DNA of 64,000 nucleotides from Erysipelotrichales bacterium (GTDB lineage Bacteria; Bacillota_I; Bacilli_A; Acholeplasmatales; WRBM01): NCBI GenBank assembly GCA_009784525.1, contig WRBM01000007.1, positions 2,616 to 66,615 of the forward strand, read 5' to 3'. Shown piece by piece: positions 58,520 to 64,000 of this stretch (position 1 is its first letter; each line of letters starts with the position of its first letter). The notes under the pieces were generated by a model. It saw only the letters and a program-made list of their open reading frames with translations, ran no database searches and was not told where the DNA came from. The position numbers and the translations under genes were made by a program.

Positions 58520-60283
58520 TTAGGAATTTTTATTTACTTCGTCGCGCTTAAGTGATTCTTTATTATAATAAAAGCGAAATCTTACGCCATTTTTGATATT
58601 ATCCATTCGAAAACGAATATCAAAGCTGTTTAAGATTTGTTTAACAATAAAGAGACCAAGGCCACTACCTTCAGTTTTTGTGCCTTTTTGTCCAGACTTA
58701 TCAATACGATAAAATGGTTCAAAGATATTTGTTAATTCATTAGTTGGGATTTGAACACCATAATTTATGATTTCAAAAATGAGATTGATAGAATTTTCTT
58801 TAACCGATAATTCAATAATATTACCAGAAGGAGTATATTTTGTTGCATTTAGAATAACATTTCTGATGACTGTTGCGATTTGTTTTATATCGCAGAACAT
58901 CATTGAATTAATATTTTTTTCATGTAGGATAACCTTTAAATTATTGGTTTTAAAAATATTAACAAAAGAATCCAATATTTCATTAGTTAAATCGTAAAGA
59001 TCGAAAACTTGATATTCTAATTTAAAGTCTTCGGTTTCTCTTTCATAGATTTTAATAGTTTCTTCAATCATAATTGAAGTCTTTTTTATTTCAGCTAAGG
59101 TATTTTCTAGCTCTTTATTGTAATCCTCTTCGTTAAATACACCATCTAAAATTGCTGATATTGTTGCTTCGATGATAAATAGAGGCGTCTTCATTTCATG
59201 AGATAAAGAGGCCACAAGATCTTTCTTTAATAAGTTTTCTGCTTCGATTTTTTGATTTTTATCACGAAGAATCTGAATGTTTTTTTCTAAGTTTGTACTT
59301 AGTTTATTAATACTTTTAGTTAAGATTCTCGTTTCTTTATTAGTTTTTTTAGTGGCGATAGAAGTGAATTCCAGATTAGAGATTTGTGTTGCGATTTCTG
59401 AAATTTGTAGTATCGGCTGACTAATAATCTTCATTAAATAAAAGGAAACAATAAAAACAATAAAGGCAATAAGAATAAATATGTAAGTATTGTAAAGAAA
59501 TAAGGTCTGTAAAATATCGGCAGTAGCGAGGATAGTTACAAAATGAAAAAGAAAGTAAGTTTCCTCGCCAATATCAATGCGGGTAATAATAAAAATTTCT
59601 GATTGATTTTCGGAGGTAATTGCATCCGTAAAAGATGCATGATTAGCAAGAGCGGTAATTTGAGTAAAGTTTTCCGTTTTTAAGCGCTGTAAGGCACTTA
59701 ACGCGGTAATATCGGTTTTAAAATGCGAATTTAGGGTCGTGGGCTTATTGATTGCGCTGATAGAACCTGATTTAAAATAGTAAAACTCTGCTTCAAAAAA
59801 ACGATATTGGATGCCACTTGTTAAATCATTTATAAAAGCTGGATAATGATTACCTCTTGTATCTGTAACATAATGAATTTCTAATAAATCGCCTAAATCA
59901 AACATATATAAACCATTAACTAAAATGAATTCCCGATTACCAACAGTTATAACATAGGAATTACTTTCAAGACGATACATCTCTAGGTTTGAATCTAAAA
60001 TAATTGAGGAAATCTTTTTATTCATGTAAAGGTTGAATGAATAATCGAAAAAATCCGCTGTACTTTCTACTCTTTGAATTTCATCGTTTACAGCATTTCG
60101 ATAGTTTAATACTTGTCTTTGAATGAAATAATTGGAAAAAAGGATGTTTGCAATTATAATTTGTAAAAGAAAAAAGACAACAAAAAGAATCCCGATAATA
60201 CAAAAAAGCTGGGTTGTAATCGACCACAGCGTTGGATTTAAGAAACGAAACCGGCGGAGAAACCTTTTAGTCCGGGTGTTCAT
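58520..60283 (-). CDS. Sensor histidine kinase
   Basis: Two TM helices, HAMP, SHEMKTPL, NATKY, FEPFYR, GSGLGL. Confidence 0.92.
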   Translation of the reverse strand: MNTRTKRFLRRFRFLNPTLWSITTQLFCIIGILFVVFFLLQIIIANILFSNYFIQRQVLNYRNAVNDEIQRVESTADFFDYSFNLYMNKKISSIILDSNLEMYRLESNSYVITVGNREFILVNGLYMFDLGDLLEIHYVTDTRGNHYPAFINDLTSGIQYRFFEAEFYYFKSGSISAINKPTTLNSHFKTDITALSALQRLKTENFTQITALANHASFTDAITSENQSEIFIITRIDIGEETYFLFHFVTILATADILQTLFLYNTYIFILIAFIVFIVSFYLMKIISQPILQISEIATQISNLEFTSIATKKTNKETRILTKSINKLSTNLEKNIQILRDKNQKIEAENLLKKDLVASLSHEMKTPLFIIEATISAILDGVFNEEDYNKELENTLAEIKKTSIMIEETIKIYERETEDFKLEYQVFDLYDLTNEILDSFVNIFKTNNLKVILHEKNINSMMFCDIKQIATVIRNVILNATKYTPSGNIIELSVKENSINLIFEIINYGVQIPTNELTNIFEPFYRIDKSGQKGTKTEGSGLGLFIVKQILNSFDIRFRMDNIKNGVRFRFYYNKESLKRDEVNKNS

Positions 60284-60286
60284 AAA

Positions 60287-60958
60287 CTATACTTCAAAAC
60301 GATAACCGACACCAAAAACTGTTTTGATGTAGTCGTAGTTCTTCAGTAGTTTCCGAAGATTTTTAACATAAGTATCGATTATCCGATCATCTATGTAGAC
60401 ACTTTCTCCCCATATTTCATCTAACAATAAATTTCTTGGACAAATCTTATTAACATTTCGGGCAAAGAAAAGCAGAAGATCGTATTCGGTTTTGGAAAGT
60501 TTAAGTTCGTCGCCAGCTAAAAAAATCTTATGTTCATCTATTTTTATAAGCAGTTCTCCAACTTTGACTTCGGTAATAACAGAAATATCGTCTTTTTGTT
60601 TTTCAAGAATATTCTTTATTTTAGCAATTAATACTTTAGGACTGACTGGCTTAACAACATAGTCGTCGATCTTAAAAGTATAACCCTTAAGTATATCCTC
60701 CTCTGATTGTAGAGCCGTAAGCATGATGATTGGCACATTAGAAACAGCGCGAACTTCTTTAGCTACTTCCCAGCCATCTTTTAAAGGCATCATGATATCT
60801 AAACAGATTAAATGGGGACTTGTCTCTTTAAAAAGCTTCAGGGCTTCAATGCCATTATAGGCTGAAAAAGTTTCGATTCCTTCTTTTTCTAGATACATAT
60901 TTATTATTTTAGAAATCTTAACTTCATCCTCAACAATTAATACACGGTATTTTTTCAA
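60287..60958 (-). CDS. OmpR family response regulator
   Basis: VEDE, LDIMMP..DG, KP, C-terminal IKTVFGVGY. Confidence 0.93.
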   Translation of the reverse strand: MKKYRVLIVEDEVKISKIINMYLEKEGIETFSAYNGIEALKLFKETSPHLICLDIMMPLKDGWEVAKEVRAVSNVPIIMLTALQSEEDILKGYTFKIDDYVVKPVSPKVLIAKIKNILEKQKDDISVITEVKVGELLIKIDEHKIFLAGDELKLSKTEYDLLLFFARNVNKICPRNLLLDEIWGESVYIDDRIIDTYVKNLRKLLKNYDYIKTVFGVGYRFEV

Positions 60959-61095
60959 ATTTACTCACCTAATATTATTATACTTTATATTTGGCATTTA
61001 ATAAATAATATTTTTACATTTTTAGGTGATTTTGGTAAAAAGATTTGAACTATTTAGGCTTTTATGTTATAATCATTGCATCAGGAGCGATAAAT

Positions 61096-61761
61096 ATGGT
61101 TAAAATAAATGAAAGATATTACGCCAAAATAACAAGTGAGCCTTTTGAAGTCCAAGAGATTGACGGTAAGAATATCGAGCTGCATAAAATGAACGAAAAT
61201 AGCTTTTATGCTCAGTTTGCTAATCAAGGCCGTTTTTTTTTCTGGTCAACGAAAGACAGTGTCAATTATAAACTAGTAATTGAGTATGGTTATTATGAGG
61301 CAATGAAAGCATTATATACAAAGGAAATCAATCTGATTTGGCTAGCTTATTACGAAGAATCAGAAAAAGCCCGTAAAAGAATATTCACTAAAATTGTTTT
61401 GCCGGTTTTAATTGTTTATGTAATACTTACGTTATTATTATTCACTTTGCTAGATGATGATACACACCGGATGATTGCTTTAATTGGATCTTTAGCTTTT
61501 GTATTTATTGGTAGCCGTTTTTTAAGCTCGTCAATGAGAAGAAAGTTTATGGCTCAACATGTTGAGACTATGGATAAAATTAAAAAAGTATTAGGCAAGA
61601 AGCAGTTTGAAAAATTAGCAGATATTCAAGATAAATACCGCCGAAACTTCTTTAAAATAGAAGAAGAGGTTGAAGAACAAGTAGCGCTTGAATATGTTGA
61701 GGAAGAAAATGTTGAAGATGTTATTGAAGAAAAAGAGGTAAGTGAAGAGGCAAATGAATAA
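61096..61761 (+). CDS. Hypothetical 2-TM membrane protein with acidic tail
   Basis: ATG 61096 after aggag; two hydrophobic helices. Confidence 0.7.
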   Translation: MVKINERYYAKITSEPFEVQEIDGKNIELHKMNENSFYAQFANQGRFFFWSTKDSVNYKLVIEYGYYEAMKALYTKEINLIWLAYYEESEKARKRIFTKIVLPVLIVYVILTLLLFTLLDDDTHRMIALIGSLAFVFIGSRFLSSSMRRKFMAQHVETMDKIKKVLGKKQFEKLADIQDKYRRNFFKIEEEVEEQVALEYVEEENVEDVIEEKEVSEEANE

Positions 61762-63715
61762 TAAAGATTTGGCTTTAATTAGTGATGCCGCAAAATTTTT
61801 AAGTCTAGATATGATTGATAAGGCAGAAAGCGGTCATCCAGGAATCGTTTTATCAGCGGCAGAGATAATGACGACACTTTTCTGTCGACATTTAAGAATC
61901 GATAGTAATAATCCAAATTGGACTAATCGTGATAGATTTATATTATCAGCTGGTCACGGATCCTCAATTCTCTATAGTTTAATGCATTTAAGAGGATTTG
62001 ACTTTACTATTAATGACCTAAAAAACTTTCGCCAATTAGGCAGTAACACACCAGGTCATCCAGAAAAAAATGAAAAATTAGGCATTGATTGTTCAACAGG
62101 ACCTTTAGGTCAAGGAATTGCGATGGCTCTGGGCATGGCGATTGGCGGTTATCATTTAGATAAAACCTACAATCAAAAAGACATAAGCATTTTTGATGCA
62201 AAAATTTATGTCTTATGCGGTGATGGTGACCTTCAGGAAGGCATTGCTTTAGAAGCATTTAGCCTTTTAGGAACACTTGGTTTAAATAATGTTATCTTTT
62301 TATATGATTCTAATGATATTCAGCTTGACGGCCGGGTAGATATTGTTAATACGGAAAATGTTCGGATGAAGTTTGAAAGTATGAATTTCTTTTATCAGGA
62401 AGTTAAGGACGGACATAATTTTGATGCGATTAATGAAGCAATTCTAAAAGCAAAAGCAGAAGATAATCGTCCGTCTATCATTGAATTCAGGACTAAGATA
62501 GGATATAAGACTGATCTCGAAGGAACAGAAAAATGTCATGGTAGTCCGCTTGGTAAAGAGCGAACAGAAAAGTTAAAGGCTCTTTTGGAATGGAATCATC
62601 CGCCTTTTACAGTTCCAGAAAAAACATATAAACTAATGGAGCGAGTAAATAATTATTTTCATGAAGAATTTCTTGCGCACGATAAAAAGCGGAAGAAATT
62701 TGAAACTAAATATCCAGAAATCTATAAAGAAGTTGCTTTTGTTTTCGGAGAGAAGAAGCAATATGATTTTTCGGAGTTTGCACCATTTCCAATAGGTTTT
62801 AGTGATGCGACAAGAAATGTAGCCGGACAAATCTTAGATAAACTAACAATGCATAATTCAGAGTTTATCGGAGGATCAGCAGATGTCAGTTCTTCAACGA
62901 AAGTAAAAGGAGCAGGAGGCATATTTTCTAAAGAAAATGCTAAAGGCAGACATTTAATGTTTGGAGTTCGCGAGCATGCGATGGCCGCAGCGATAAACGG
63001 CTTGAACCTTTTTGCTAATTTCCAAAGTTATTGTGGTTCTTTCTTTGTTTTCGCTAATTATATGATTCCAGCAATCAGAATGTCAGCGTTGATGAACTTG
63101 CCAGTAAGGTATATTTTCTCGCATGATTCTCTTTATGTAGGAGAAGACGGACCGACTCATCATCCCGTAGAGCATTTAGTTCAGCTACGTAGTATTCCTG
63201 GCTTTAACGTTATGCGTCCGGCTTCAGCTAATGAGACTTTACTTTGTATGAAAATTGCCTTTAACGGTGACTTTCCTTCGGCAATTTGTCTGACAAGACA
63301 AAATATTGTTGATCAGGGCTTATATGATCCAGAAGGTGTTAGTAAAGGAGCATATATTTATGCTAAGGAAGAAGGTCCTTTAGATGGAATTGTTGTCGCA
63401 ACTGGTAATGAAGTTAATCTAGCTTTAAAAGTTAAAGATGCATTAGCTAAAAAGAATATATTCATACGTGTTGTTTCAATGCCTTCCGATTATTTATTTG
63501 ATTTGCAAAATGAAAAATATCAGAATAGTATAATCCCAGATAGTTGTTCTAAAACAGTTTTTCTGGAGATGGGAAGTGTTTATGCCGGGTATAAATATTG
63601 CCGGCATGTCTATGGCCTCAACCGCTTTGGTAAAAGTGGTAAAATGCAGGATGTTGCGGCTTTTTACAAGTTTACCGAAGAAGACTTTATTGAATACTAT
63701 CTTGCATTAAAATAA
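61754..63715 (+). CDS. tkt: Transketolase
   Basis: SGHPG, RDRFILSAGH, TGPLGQG, GDGDLQEG, FGVREH, GEDGPTH. Confidence 0.96.
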   Translation: MNNKDLALISDAAKFLSLDMIDKAESGHPGIVLSAAEIMTTLFCRHLRIDSNNPNWTNRDRFILSAGHGSSILYSLMHLRGFDFTINDLKNFRQLGSNTPGHPEKNEKLGIDCSTGPLGQGIAMALGMAIGGYHLDKTYNQKDISIFDAKIYVLCGDGDLQEGIALEAFSLLGTLGLNNVIFLYDSNDIQLDGRVDIVNTENVRMKFESMNFFYQEVKDGHNFDAINEAILKAKAEDNRPSIIEFRTKIGYKTDLEGTEKCHGSPLGKERTEKLKALLEWNHPPFTVPEKTYKLMERVNNYFHEEFLAHDKKRKKFETKYPEIYKEVAFVFGEKKQYDFSEFAPFPIGFSDATRNVAGQILDKLTMHNSEFIGGSADVSSSTKVKGAGGIFSKENAKGRHLMFGVREHAMAAAINGLNLFANFQSYCGSFFVFANYMIPAIRMSALMNLPVRYIFSHDSLYVGEDGPTHHPVEHLVQLRSIPGFNVMRPASANETLLCMKIAFNGDFPSAICLTRQNIVDQGLYDPEGVSKGAYIYAKEEGPLDGIVVATGNEVNLALKVKDALAKKNIFIRVVSMPSDYLFDLQNEKYQNSIIPDSCSKTVFLEMGSVYAGYKYCRHVYGLNRFGKSGKMQDVAAFYKFTEEDFIEYYLALK

Positions 63716-63762
63716 GAAAATGCCGCCCGAAAGGACGGTATTTTTTAAGGAGAAGAATAGAT

Positions 63763-64000
63763 ATGATGGATTACCATTTCCAAAAAGGTTGGATTGAATT
63801 AATTTGTGGTTCAATGTTTGCGGGGAAAAGCGAAGAATTAATCAGACGCATTCAAAGAATTAAATATGCTAAGAAAAAAATTCAAGCGTTTAAACCGGTT
63901 GTCGATAACCGCTATGCAATTGATGAAATTGTGAGTCATGATAATAATCGCGTTAAGTCAATTTGCATTACAAAAGCCTCAGATATCATTCAATTTTTGG
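63763..64000 (+). CDS. tdk: Thymidine kinase, 3' truncated by window (not in ORF track)
   Basis: GWIELICGSMFAGKSEELIRR...FKP.VDNRY. Confidence 0.93.
   Translation, partial: MMDYHFQKGWIELICGSMFAGKSEELIRRIQRIKYAKKKIQAFKPVVDNRYAIDEIVSHDNNRVKSICITKASDIIQFL

Overview
Low-GC bacterial chromosome segment, translation table 11, probably an uncultured Bacilli lineage. It combines Acholeplasma-like surface lipoproteins with peptidoglycan and sporulation genes (glmU, sigH-like, SleC-like, LysM amidase, BclB-like collagen). Most of it is housekeeping: a gltX-cysS-mrnC-rlmB-sigH-glmU cluster, htpG under a CIRCE, nahK-like/galT/galE, a two-component system, tkt and tdk. Two accessory systems stand out. 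(1) 23.4-34.3 kb: an operon of two small paralogous proteins (one missing from the ORF track), a frameshifted MurE-like ligase lacking the DNPR motif, and a 1654-aa Rhs protein with no secretion tag and no DPxG cleavage motif. It is followed by four tandem 2-TM immunity-like paralogues. Copies 2-4 each sit behind a terminator, a promoter and a variant copy of the Rhs tip. (2) A ~465-bp non-autonomous tnpB-derived element in two full copies and two left-end remnants. It keeps a promoter and a predicted omega-RNA hairpin with a compensatory base change, and each copy follows TTTAT/TTTAA. No rRNA, tRNA or CRISPR array was seen. All calls come from reading motifs by eye; no searches were run.
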